Shown in pieces: positions 45,756 through 58,150 of a DNA stretch of 64,000 bases. The notes below the pieces were generated by a model. It did not search any database, was not told the origin of the DNA, and was given only the letters and a program-made list of their open reading frames with translations. Every line of letters starts with the position of its first letter. Position 1 is the stretch's first letter. A program made the position numbers and the translations under genes. Where the stretch lies: positions 43,565,847-43,629,846 of the forward strand of contig CP154954.1 of NCBI GenBank assembly GCA_039621445.1, given 5' to 3'. Source of the DNA: Euglena gracilis (lineage: Eukaryota).

Positions 45756-46447
45756 TGTGAGTCAGGGGTGCTGAGTGCCCTTGTAAGTTAACTAACATCA
45801 GGCGCTAACCTTAAAAGCTAACCCAGGCGCCCACAGAACTAACCAGGGGACTCGACCCAACCAGGGGCCTACAGTTTCAATGATGAAACAATTAGGATAA
45901 TCCCCTCCTAACTGAATTTTAACCACTGACCACATTTTAACCACTGACTCCCACAGGGCTCTGTCACTACTCTGTTCTTACTCAAGCTGATTATCCATTT
46001 GCCATTGGCATATCTGGTTCAAGTTTCAAGTCAATTCAGGTTGTCAAGATTTCATTGGAAGTGGAAGTTGATTATCTGTTCAAGTATTGGTCCGGTGATC
46101 TGAAGTGAAGTCTGAAGCAGCAGTTGTTGCTGCTGGTGTGCCTAAGAAGCGCCAGTTCGCCGGCACCGAAGACCTTCACTGACCACGACCACCAATTTGA
46201 AAGCATTTCGCTGCTTTGAGCAAGACCTACAGGTGTTTTATACCCGATTTGTGACTCCCCAAGGACCCACCCCACACCAACCCCAAAAAGGAAAAAGGTC
46301 GTTTTACCAAAAAAAATGAAACAATTTTTAACAAAGGCCGCGCGGGGAATTGAAATAAAACTGGGCAGGGTAATCGATCCTACGCGGTGACAGGGAAACC
46401 CCGCGGACCTGGAACAAGCGGAGCAGCAAAGGGGGTTAACCCGTACA
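45756..46447 (+). repeat. LTR of element B (692 bp)
   Basis: TG..CA; first 25 nt identical to the A LTR; preceded by PPT GGGAAGGGGAG and followed by a PBS. Confidence 0.9.
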
Positions 46448-46449
46448 AA

Positions 46450-46461
46450 TGGTAGCAGAGG
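46450..46461 (+). promoter_or_regulatory. Primer binding site of B (initiator tRNA-Met type)
   Basis: TGGTAGCAGAGG, 2 nt after the LTR. Confidence 0.88.
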
Positions 46462-46465
46462 GTTT

Positions 46466-47255
46466 TTGCCCATTTTCAGTTCCCCCGAAGGCGGCTGGAC
46501 TGAACAACAGGAAAATGCCACAGAACCACGGGAATCTGTCTCATCAGCCATCGCTTGGTGGGCTGGTCCAGAGACAGATGTCCATTTCAATGACCCAGCA
46601 ACAGGAATCACACTGACAGAATTCACAATGACCGCCCCAGAAAACTTTCAGTGGAACTAGGAACCTGAACAATGGGAATACGACACAGAAACGACCACAG
46701 ACATGGTGAGGAACCTGGGGTGCGACATTGACATTGCACAGTTGTCGCAGATGACAATTGCGATGGTTGAAATGGAACAAGATGGGGAACAGAACCCCAG
46801 GACACAGGAGGAAACAGGGACAACACAGTTCACTGACGCCGAAGACGACGAACTGGGAGACATCTACCAAGACACACAGACGCTGCAGCTGACATACCAC
46901 CCAGAACCCAGAACGGACACTCAGAACCAACTGTTGAGGCACATGACGGAATTCCAGCAGGAATTCCAAACTTTCAGGCGAGCCACTGAATTTGTGAACC
47001 AGAAAACCACGGAGGTGATTCAACGACTTCAAAACACCACGGAACTGCAGTTTACACGCTTGGAACAGCAGCTGATTACACAGGGGGAACGGACAGAAGG
47101 GTTGGTGTGGCAAACAGATGGCGGGTGTGAAGAGCTGTCCACAAACCTGGCCACAGTAACTGAAAACTTGGAGGGGATGGTGACGAGTCAAAACAGACTG
47201 TACCAGGGACACTTTGAGAACCTGGGACAACAGATTCGTGACCTGAAGGGGATGG
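46466..47255 (+). pseudogene. gag: Element B gag, N-terminal part
   Basis: QEFQTFRR and QNRLYQGHF match A gag; ends abruptly at DLKGM. Confidence 0.8.
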
Positions 47256-47414
47256 GGCCGAGCCCTTGCCTTGGTCAAAATGGCTGTGGGGCCCCCTTGG
47301 GGGCCAGTGGGGCCTCAAAAGGCCCTTGGGGGCCTTAGAGCCCCCTCGCGGCCCTTCGTGGCCCCTTTGGGCCCCCTTGGGACCCCCCCTTGGGGCGGGC
47401 ATTCTCGGACCTCG

Positions 47415-47930
47415 CACAAGGGGGTGGACCTGGCAAGGACACAAAGGACCATTTCCGTGGTTGGGGAGAAGATTTTCATTTTGGTCAGGAGAAAGGGTTG
47501 GCCTTCACTAAAGTGGGAGCAAGTGTTGAAGATTGATTCACTGCCAACTTTGAGTCCATATCATTTGATGAGAGAATATGTGAAAAGAACATCTTTTATC
47601 TCCCAGGGTGCCCCTTTGTTGTGGAGTTTGGATGGCAAAAAACCCTTGACATCCAACAGAATCAACTCTTTGACAAAGGAGTTGTTGGAAACGTTTGGCA
47701 TTCCAATTTCCCACTGGAAAGCCCACAGCAACAGGGGGGAAGGGGTTTTGATGTACAAAAAGTTGGGTTTGTCCAGTGAGGAGGTGTGTGAACTTGGACA
47801 GTGGCAAAATTCCACAGCCTTTTCAGCTCATTATTCAAGATTGGTGGCGGTGGATTCAGCAAACAAAAAAATTGAAAAGGGGTCGTGCACAATGTCTCGC
47901 CCCCAGAGTATGCGAACCCCGAAAGGTTGA
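47415..47930 (+). pseudogene. Tyrosine recombinase C-terminal fragment, DIRS-type retrotransposon
   Basis: AHSNRG (HSTRG in copy 2), LGQW and FSAHY catalytic motifs; followed by an inverted repeat. Confidence 0.8.
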
Positions 47931-48279
47931 GTACTCCCGGGAAGTCTGACCAGGGAGGAAGTGACCATGAGGGCGGAGCACAAGAGGGGGGTGAGCCCAC
48001 CCAATGCACCCGAAAAAGGAAAGCAGCATCCTCCTTCAGGAGGGGGGGGCAAAAACGTCCCTACACACAGGCCGGGGAGCCCTGCGGTTCACCTTCGCCA
48101 AGTCGCTGTCGGAGAGCACATCATCACAAACTCCGGCACCAAAGTCGCAGTAAGAAGCACCCCGCCAAAAAGAACACAAACAACAAAACAGCCGGCACGC
48201 AAAATAGCATCTCACCCCCCTCTTGTGCTCCGCCCTCATGGTAACTTCCTCCCTGGTCAGACTTCCCGGAAGTACTCAA
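47927..48279. repeat. 69-bp inverted repeat (47927-47995 / 48211-48279), probable DIRS terminal structure
   Basis: Arms are reverse-complementary with 2 mismatches. Confidence 0.85.
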
Positions 48280-50649
48280 TGCACCCGACGAAACAAAAAA
48301 AATCTTTTTAACAGAGGCGGAAGAAAGGCGGCAACAGCCTGAAGTGCGGCGGAGGGCGGCAGCGTTTCCGCCGTGGTCGGCCGATGGTGCCTTTTGAAAA
48401 CGGACGAGACAGAAAAAAGCGGCAGCCTCTCCGGGGGTCTGGTGGGAGAAGCAGAAGACGAGGCGCGGCGCAATTGCCTGTTACACACTTCCTGCTGGTC
48501 TGTGACTGGGCCGGCCGAGGCGGGAAACCACGACTCTGCCGAAAAGAGGGAAGGGAAACCCCACCCCAAGAAGAAGAGACGAGGCGGAAATTGAAGCGGG
48601 GTGGGCTTGGGCGGCGCGGGCCGCTTTTGTGCCGCTTTTTTTGTCTTTATTTCAAAAATCTGATGAAGTTGCCTGGCCCTCGGTGGTTTCGCACTGTGCG
48701 CAGCAAAAAAAAAAGTCCGTCCGTGCCGATAAGACTTTCGCCGACACTCAGCACAACAGGGAGGAATCTTTCACTTTCTTTCCCTTTTCTCCTGGAGTTT
48801 GGTGCGCTCCTGGGTCCGGTGCTTTTTTTTAATAAAAAAAAAGTGATGCAAACTGGAATAATAATAATAACAAAAACAATTGGCATAAAAAAAGGGCAAG
48901 GAAAAAAAACAACGACAGAAGGAGGGAAATCATCATTTTTTTCAAATTCCCAATGAATTAATTGCACAAAAAAAATATTTTCACTGGATCAGTTTTTGGT
49001 CGGCCAAAGGCCGGACCGGAAAATTTTTTCTGCATTTTTGGCCGATTTTGGCTGGATTTTGGGTTTTAGATTTTGGGGTTGCGGGTGGTTGGTGGGTTTT
49101 CAAAAAAAATGTGGGTGGGTGGGTTTGGGCCTGGGAACAAGTGCCCCCCCCCACGCCCCGGGTGTCAGGGAGGGAGGCCTTCCAGCCTTCCGGGAAACCA
49201 TCCAACCTTCCTTCCAACCCCACCATCAATGAGTTCTTTTCCAGCTGCCCAAATGGATGTATTGTATTTATTTTGCATTCGGAGGGGAAAATATGGGCCA
49301 AAATAGGTTGACAGACGAAGGTTTTTGGCCAATTTTGTGGTTTGGATTTTGGGATGAAGAAAGGTTCAGCAATGGTGCACCCCCCTGGGGGAGGCCTGGG
49401 GGAGGGGGTCCCAGGGTGAGGGGGGAGGGGGTCACACAGGTGTCAAGTGAATATGATCCCTTCCCCAAAAAAATTTCTTTGCCTGTACCCTGGTTGCAAT
49501 TGCACATTTGAACGCAAGACAGGCTCAAAATACAAACCCAAAATCTGCTCACAGAGTGCAATCCATGTGGACACCCTGGCCATGAGGGTTGTGAAAACAG
49601 AGAAATGGGACAACGTGAGAAAGCAGGGGACAAAACCAAAGGCCGAATGGGGTCAAATTTGCAAACATTCTTGGATGCAGAAAACAGTGTGCCCACCGCA
49701 GTCAAATCAACTCTAAAACCTCCTCGGAGTTGGAGTTGAATTGAATGAAATTCAAGTTGTCCCACATTGACCAGAGCTGCAAAGTTCATGCCCACCGGAG
49801 TGCTGATGAGCACTAGGCACGAAGCCAGCTTCGGGATGCGACAAAACGAGTTATGCTTTGTGCTCCTGTGCCCAAGCGGAATTTGCACTGCACAATGCAG
49901 AGCGACTGTTCATTAATCCCATCCAAGGAAACAACCAAGCTCCCTTTCATCTTTGATTTCAGAAACCCCCCCAAATGGCCCCCTTTCTAAAAAAAAATTG
50001 GAGGGGGTTTCAGGAAGGGGGTCAGGCAATCAGGGGGAGGAGGTCTGAAGATTGGGGGGTCAAGCACGAAAAATGACAAATTTGACCATTGGTTGTGATT
50101 TTGGGGGCCCAATCATGCAAAAAAAATGACAAATTTGGCCAAGGTGGTGAAATCCATTATTTTTCTGAAATTGTTCAAAAATTGCCCCATTTTCGGCTTT
50201 TTTGAGCCATGTTTGTATAGTTCCAAAAGAATAAAAGAATCCCCCCCCCGGCTGACCTGGTCGGTTCTCGACTTGGAGGGTCAGGATTCTTTTCGCGGGG
50301 ACATTTTCTCAACTAAAAATCACAAAAATGGATCAAATTGGTGCAGAAAATATGCCAAAAAAAGCACCCAATTTTCAGAAAAGCCCAAAAATGCCAAAAA
50401 AGTGACCATTGGAGCCTGTGGAGGGGTTTTCTGGTCGAAATTTGACTTCGAAATTTTTGCCCAAATAATAAACCCCCCTGGACCCCGACTTCGGGTGTCC
50501 AAATAATAAATCGGGGGGGGGGGTATTATTTGGGGGGGGTTCAGGTGGGGATATATCATGGGCCAGGATATTGGGGGGGTCAATTTAGGGGGACAAAAAA
50601 ACTTTGGTCCCCAAAAAAAGTGGAAACCAACCCCTCCCCGGACTCACCA

Positions 50650-53600
50650 CACGTTCGTGGTGGCCAAGAAATGGGGAAAGTGGAGGGGGGTGGTGGATTT
50701 CAGGGCCCTGAACGCGGCCACGATGACAGACGCGCACCCCCTCCCCGGATCGAAGACATCCTGGTCAAACAGGGTCAACGGGCAATGTACAGTATGTTGG
50801 ACCTAAAGGAGGCTTTCCATCAGGTACCCATGAGAAAGGAATCCCGACCCTACACCTGCTGTAATACACCAAGAGGAACAAAGCAGTGGAAAGTAGTGGT
50901 GATGGGGATGAAAAACGGAGTTCCAATTTTCCAGAGGGTCATTGAATACAGCCTGGAGGAGGTGGCAGACATTGCCAACCCCTACGTAGATGACATCATT
51001 GTAGGCACAGTTTGGCAGGGAACGGAAGAGGCAACAATCCTCCAACACGACAACGACATCCGCAGAGTCATGGAGGCACTCAAGAAACAGCTGCTCGTAG
51101 CCGACATCAAAAAATGTAAGTTTTTTGTTCATGAAGTGGAATTCTGCGGACACATCCTGGGGGGAGGACAACGGAGACCAGCCCCAGGAAAACTGATGGC
51201 TCTGGAAAAGTGGGAAGAACCGAAAACCGTCACAGCCCTCCGCGCATTCTTGGGATTCATCAACTACTACTCCTCCTACATCCCAGGATACGCGGAGTTG
51301 GCAGCGGATCTGATGGAAAAACTCAAGGTGAAGAAGGGACTGGGAAAAAAGGGGAGCCAGATGCCTGTGTTTATCGGGGAGAAGGAACGCAAGGCGTTCC
51401 AGGCCATCAAGGACAAACTGTTGGGCAGCCTCAAACTGCAAACGGTCAACCCCGACAAGCCATTCATCCTCCGAGTGGATGCCAGTGGCAGGGATGTGGG
51501 AGCCGCCTTGGAGCAGTTTGTGGAGGATGGATTGGAAAAACCGGACACCACAACAGCACAGACCAAGAAAACGGCCCCAGTGGCCTTTTGTTCACGGAAA
51601 TTGGCACCGGGACAGGTCAGGACTTGGACACCACGGGACAAGGAAACATACGCGGTGATCCTGGCCCTTCAGGAATGGGCCTCGTGGATCGGTATGCAAC
51701 CGGTGCTGGTCCTGACCGATCACAAAGCTATCGAGTCCTGGGCCACAGAAAACCTGGACACAGCCACAGGGTTGTCGGGACGTAGGGCCAGATGGCACGA
51801 ACTCCTTTCAAAATTTGATATCACGGTAGCCTACGTACCTGGGAAGGACAACGTGCTGGCTGACGCCTTGAGCAGGTGGGCCTATCCCGCCTCACAGGCG
51901 TTTGCCGACGTCAGTGTGCACGGCAGTGAGGAGGATGACCGCCTCATGCAAGAAATAATCGAACAGGAAAGGAAGGAGGAAAGGGGCTGCTCAGTGGTTT
52001 CAATGAAGGAGTTGCTACGGGCACAGAAAAAATTGGGAGACCCACCCCTCGTTGTGGCCGTCACGACAAGGGGAGGGGCCAAGACTGGTGAGGATTCGGC
52101 CACAACGAGTACAGTCACACCAGGGAAGGAGACCCCCCCCAGAAAAAACTTCGAAAACTTCAAAACCCAAGGACAGGGACACCGAAGGCACACAAGAAAA
52201 GGGAACCCCAGAAAAAGAAATGGCCAAGAGGACAGCCACAGAGGAAGACCCCCTTAGGCGAAGAACCTTGGAAGAGGACCCTGTGGACCCTCCAAAAACA
52301 GCAAGTCCAGGGGAGAACGGACTCGAGGACGCGCAGCGTCCCTCATCTTCGACGAGCCCGCCTGTGGGACCTCCATCAAGGGGAGTGCACGCCCCGGAGC
52401 TTCCACCGACAGGGCCGCAGTCGGTGATGGACGAGGACTGGAGGAGCGGGTACAGCGGGTGCCCCAAGTGGGGCCCTGTGCTCAAGGGGTTGGAGGATTC
52501 GGGGTTCAAAGAATGGCCTGAGGGCTTCCGATTTGAAAACGGAAGGCTCTTCAAACACGGACTCTTGTGTGTACCAAGGGATGTCATGGGGAGGGTCATC
52601 AGGGAACACCACGAAGCGGCGGGACACCCAGGGGCTGAACGGCTGTGAGATCAGATGGGTCGGTGGTTTATTTTCGACGACCACCAACACGCAAGAAAAC
52701 TGACCAGCAAAATGATGGGGATGTGTGAAACGTGTCAGGTCACTGAACCAAACCATCAAACCTTCAGGTGTCCAATACAACCAACACCGGTCCCGCCCCA
52801 CCTGATGGACAGCGTGGCGGTCGACCTCTTTGCACTACCGGAAACCACTTTTGAAGGGAAACGGTACGACACTTTGGCACTTTGTGTGGACCGATTGAGT
52901 GGGTGGATGGTTGCTACCCCCCATCTTAACAAGGGTCTCACAGCAGAAAAGGTGGCCAAGGAAATGTTTCGACAGTGGGATCTGTTCAGAATCCCCTTGG
53001 TGGTGAGTTCCGACAGGGGTCCACAGTTCACCGCAGCCTGGTGGAAAACTCTGTGCGCGGCACACGGTGTATGGGTTGCGTGTGGACAGGCTTACCACAA
53101 TCAGGCGAACGGAAGGGCAGAGGTAGCCGGGCAGCAGGTGATGCAGAAACTTGCAAAGCTGGCTGCAGAAAACGGTGTCCCGTGGGTGGAACTCCTCCCA
53201 CGGGCTATGACGGCCATTCACGACGTGCCTGGGGAGGCTGGACTGTGTCCCCCTACTAGGGATTGTTTTTTTGGGGCCGACACGAACCGACCGTTGTGTG
53301 GGATTCCGCCACAAACCACAGCGGGAGGCCGAATGTGTGCGAAGAATTCCTCAAACGAATGAAGGAACGAGACAGGTGGGTGGAGCAAACGCTCAATGAA
53401 AAGCTGGAAGCTCGGAAAGAGGCTGTGAACCAGAAACGACGCGAACCCCCAGCCCTGAAAATTGGTTCCAAGGTTTGGTACCAACCTGAACGACAGCCTG
53501 GAACCGAGTTGGAACCCAGGTGGAAAGGGCCAGCGTTGGTTTTGGAAAGAGTGGGAGACCACTCCTACGTGGTGGAGCTTCAACCAGGGAAACGGCAGCC

Positions 53601-53916
53601 GGCCCTCCGTTCCCAACTGAAACCACACGTGGAAGACCTTTACTCAACCACTCCCGTGCCCTTGTATTTTTGGTGTGGAATGGCTCAAGAGCTGGAGGTT
53701 GGACCTGAAGAGTGGGAGGTGGATAGGGTGCTCAACCATCGACACGAAAACGGGAAGACGGAATTTTTGGTGCGGTGGAAAGGATTTGGGCCAGAAGACG
53801 ACCAATAGGAATCGCTGGGGAATTTTTTATTTAGAATCAATAAGGACGTGGTTGCCTATTGTGTGGAGAACGGGGTGGATTTGGACGCAAAGGAATTGTT
53901 GGAACTGATGAAGTGA
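50650..53916 (+). pseudogene. pol: Duplicate of element B RT-RH-IN-chromodomain
   Basis: Copy of 40574-43826. Confidence 0.92.
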
Positions 53917-55870
53917 CAAGGTTCCTTGTCTTCTTCATCCCCACATTCCCTCACAGATGGCCCGACATGGACGTCAACAACGCCAATACCAACCTTAACA
54001 ACCCCAACATCACCACCCCTACTTTCGACCTCAACCCCTTCGACGACCACCCCCTCCCCCATACCAGACACCCCCAACCCCCGACTTCGTCATCCCCACC
54101 ATTCTACCCCCACCCCTACGCAAGGCCCTCGAGGCCGAGCTCCCCCCCGCCAGCTGCTGGAGAACGCCCACACCCACCCCTACCCAGCCTACTAGCTGCC
54201 TCCCACCCCCAGCCATTCGCATACCCACCCCAATACCACCCCAGCCCACCCCAACAACGACCCCACCCCCCCAGAGGGAGCGCGGGCGCTCCATCTGCAG
54301 CAGCCCCCGCAGCCCCCGCAGCCCCCGCAGCCCCCGCTCCCTCAGCCCCCCCTCTACCTCGGGACCCCGGACCGGAGCCCGTCCCCCCCTGCATCGCTGA
54401 CCTCCCCCTCCTCCTCTGACAACGACTCGCCCCCGCGACGCCCCACCCCCTGGTTCCTCCGGGACCTCTGGGGCTAGCTCCCCCCTGGAGGTTCCCTTCC
54501 CCCCCCCCAATATTGGTTCCGGCTGCCCCCCTCGCAGCCCCCTTTTACCTGTTCAGAGCCCTCAGACCGTTTCTTCAACCGCAGTGGGAAGGGAAGCTGT
54601 CCCATACTGAACCTAGAGTGCCCCCCCCCCCCACACCGAACCTAGGGTGCCCCCCCCCAGTGAACCAGGGCACCCCCGCAGGACCTGGGTTCCCCCCCAC
54701 GGGCAGCCCAAGGTCCGGGCAGATATTTTTTTATCAAAAAAAAGGGGGAGCGGCGCTTGGCGCCTGCCGTTTACCCCCCCCCGACAAGGGATCGGAGAGG
54801 GGCGTCCAGCCACCGCACTCCAAAGCAAAAAAAGATCGAAAAAAAAGGGAAAACAAAAAAAGACCTAAAAAAGGAAAAGAAGGGGGGGCTCAGCCAACTG
54901 CCCCCCCCCAAACAGGGACCGTGGGCAGCGCTTGGCGCCTGCCCCCCCCCCCCCCCGCCGTCGACGAAGGGCCTAGAGGGGGGGGGGGGCAGCCCCGGAC
55001 CTGCAAAAAAAAAAACAACCTGGGTTGGCCACATCTGGTCCTACCCAAAGCGTAGAGGGCTCAACTAATACCCTGCCCTCCGCTTAATTCATGCATTTTT
55101 AAACTCCACAGACGCTTGACGAAAGAGATGGGGTGGAGTGGAAGTCGGGCATTAATGAACCTGCTGCCCCCCCCCCACGCCTGACAGAGCTGGGGGTACC
55201 AGGATACACCCCAGGGAGCATTCAAAAAATTTTGAAAACGACTTTTTGGCTGAGGTGGGCAGCGCTGGCCTGCCCCCCCCCCCCCCGTACAGGACCGGGA
55301 CCTGGGGGGGGGGGGGTGCGCCACCGAGGCTGAAAAAAAAAAACACAAAAAAAAAACAACGGGGGCCCAGCCATCTGCCCCCCCCCACAAAAAAAGGAGG
55401 AAAAATATTTTTTCGGTTGTGGGCGGTGCTGGATGCCTGCCCCCCCCCCTTGGGGGGAACCAACCACCTGACCTCCCCGAAAAAAAAAAACGGACCCTGC
55501 CCCAGCCTGATTTTAACCGAAAGACCCTGACTCAGCCTTCGCTTGATTTTTATAAAAATTCGCCACTGGCCGGCGACTGACCGCTTGGCAGGGGGAGGCG
55601 GAACACCCCGAACGGGAGCTGCCCCCCTTTTAAAAAAAAAAGGGCAGGGGTTGCGGTCAGCGACTGGCGCCTGCCCCCCCCCCACGACAAGGGACCTGGA
55701 GGGGAGAGCCACCTGAGAAAAAAAAACAACCAGGCCAGCCCCCCCCCCCTGAGGAGGGACCAACCTGGGACCAAAAACAGGAACGGCCCAGCCCCCTTGC
55801 AACAAACGCACTACACACCCCTTCCCAAGTGAGTCGAGAACAGTTGTAAACAACTCCTTGGGAAGGGGAG

Positions 55871-56563
55871 TGTGAGTCAGGGGTGCTGAGTGCCCTTGTA
55901 AGTTAACTAACATCAGGCGCTAACCTTAAAAGCTAACCCAGGCGCCCACAGAACTAACCAGGGGACTCGACCCAACCAGGGGCCTACAGTTTCAATGATG
56001 AAACAATTAGGATAATCCCCTCCTAACTGAATTTTAACCACTGACCACATTTTAACCACTGACTCCCACAGGGCTCTGTCACTACTCTGTTCTTACTCAA
56101 GCTGATTATCCATTTGCCATTGGCATATCTGGTTCAAGTTTCAAGTCAATTCAAGTTGTCAAGATTTCATTGGAAGTGGAAGTTGATTATATGTTCAAGT
56201 ATTGGTCCGGTTATCTGAAGTGAAGTCTGAAGCAGCAGTTGTTGCTGCTGGTGTGCCTAAGAAGCGCCAGTTCGCCGGCACCGAAGACCTTCACTGACCA
56301 CGACCACCAATTTGAAAGCATTTCGCTGCTTTGAGCAAGACCTACAGGTGTTTTATACCCGATTTGTGACTCCCCAAGGACCCACCCCACACCAACCCCA
56401 AAAAGGAAAAAGGTCTTTTTAACCAAAAAAAATGAAACAATTTTTAACAAAGGCCGCGCGGGGAATTGAAATAAAACTGGGCAGGGTAATCGATCCTACG
56501 CGGTGACAGGGAAACCCCGCGGACCTGGAACAAGCGGAGCAGCAAAGGGGGTTAACCCGTACA
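55871..56563 (+). repeat. Duplicate of element B LTR (PBS at 56566-56577)
   Basis: Copy of 45756-46447. Confidence 0.9.
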
Positions 56564-56581
56564 AATGGTAGCAGAGGGTTT

Positions 56582-57503
56582 TTGCCCATTTTCAGTTCCC
56601 CCGAAGGCGGCTGGACTGAACAACAGGAAAATGCCACAGAACCACGGGAATCTGTCTCATCAGCCATCGCTTGGTGGGCTGGTCCAGAGACAAATGTCCA
56701 TTTCAATGACCCAGCAACAGGAATCACACTGACAGAATTCACAATGACCGCCCCAGAAAACTTGCAGTGGAACCAGGAACCTGAACAATGGGAATACGAC
56801 ACAGAAACGACCACAGACATGGCCAGGACCCTGGGGTGCGACATTGACATTGCACAGTTGTCGGAGATGACAATTGCGATGGTTGAAATGGGACAAGATG
56901 GGGAACAGAACCGCAGGACACAGGAGGAAACAGGGACAACACAGTTCACTGACGCCGAAGACGACGAACTGGGAGACATCTACCAAGACACACAGCCGCT
57001 GCAGCTGACATACCACCCAGAACCCAGAACGGACACTCAGAACCAACTGTTGAGCCTGGAAGCGGCAAGACAGAGCCCGAACGAAGACCACTTCCAGGTC
57101 AACGGTGCAGGGGTGGACGAATCTGAGGCGGAACCAGAACATTACGACTGGTTCGCCGACACAAACTGGTGGTCCAGTTTCGTACAGAACATGACGGAAT
57201 TCCAGCAGGAATTCCAAACTTTCAGGCGAGCCACTGAATTTGTGAACCAGAAAACCACGGAGGTGATTCAACGACTTCAAAACACCACGGAACTGCAGTT
57301 TACACGCTTGGAACAGCAGCTGATTACACAGGGGGAACGGACAGAAGGGTTGGTGTGGCAAACAGATGGCGGGTATGAAGAGCTGTCCACAAACCTGGCC
57401 ACGGTAACTGAAAACTTGGAGGGGATGGTGACGAGTCAAAACAGACTGTACCAGGGACACTTTGAGAACCTGGGACAACAGATTCGTGACCTGAAGGGGA
57501 TGG
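56582..57503 (+). pseudogene. gag: Duplicate of B gag N-terminus (retains 132 bp missing from copy 1)
   Basis: Same DLKGM breakpoint; extra segment matches A gag (WWSSF / WWSNF). Confidence 0.8.
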
Positions 57504-57662
57504 GGCCGAGCCCTTGCCTTGGTCAAAATGGCTGTGGGGCCCCCTTGGGGGCCAGTGGGGCCTCAAAAGGCCCTTGGGGGCCTTAGAGCCCCCTCGCGGC
57601 CCTTGGTGGCCCCTTTGGGCCCCCTTGGGACCCCTCCTTGGGGCGGGCACCCTCGGACCTCG

Positions 57663-58150
57663 CACAAGGGGGTGGACCTGGCAAGGACACAAAGGACCAT
57701 TTCCGTGGTTGGGGAGAAGATTTTCATTTTGGTCAGGAGAAAGGGTTGGCCTTCACTAAAGTGGGAGCAAGTGTTGAAGATTGATTCACTGCCAACTTTG
57801 AGTCCATATCATTTGATGAGAGAATATGTGAAAAGAACATCTTTCATCTCCCAGGGTGCCCCTTTGTTGTGGAGTTTGGATGGCAAAAAACCCTTGACAT
57901 CCAACAGAATCAACTCTTTGACAAAGGAGTTGTTGGAAACGTTTGGCATTCCAATTTCCCACCGGAAAGCCCACAGCACCAGGGGGGTTTGTCCAGTGAG
58001 GAGGTGTGTGAACTTGGACAGTGGCAAAATTCCACAGCCTTTTCAGCTCATTATTCAAGATTGGGGGCGGTGGATTCAGCAAACAAAAAAATTGAAAAGG
58101 GGTCGTGCACAATGTCTCGCCCCCAGAGTATGCGAACCCCGAAAGGTTGA
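57663..58150 (+). pseudogene. Duplicate tyrosine recombinase fragment
   Basis: AHSTRG, LGQW, HY; frameshifting deletion after HSTRG. Confidence 0.78.

Larger units (their letters stand above)
1733..47255 (+). mobile_element. Element B: decayed Ty3/Gypsy chromovirus with Dam-like and C5 DNA methyltransferases, circularly permuted (gag 3' part - pol - single LTR - PBS - gag 5' part)
   Basis: Removing D, the solo LTR and A gives a colinear gag-Dam-DNMT-PR-RT-RH-IN-chromodomain homologous to element A throughout. One LTR lies between a PPT and a PBS. The gag ends at 47255 and 1733 join without a gap. Confidence 0.85.

Noticed and set aside
48950-50648. Possible DNA transposon remnants and a Cys-containing ORF (49447-49716)
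   Set aside because: No convincing TIR/TSD pair or domain found by eye.
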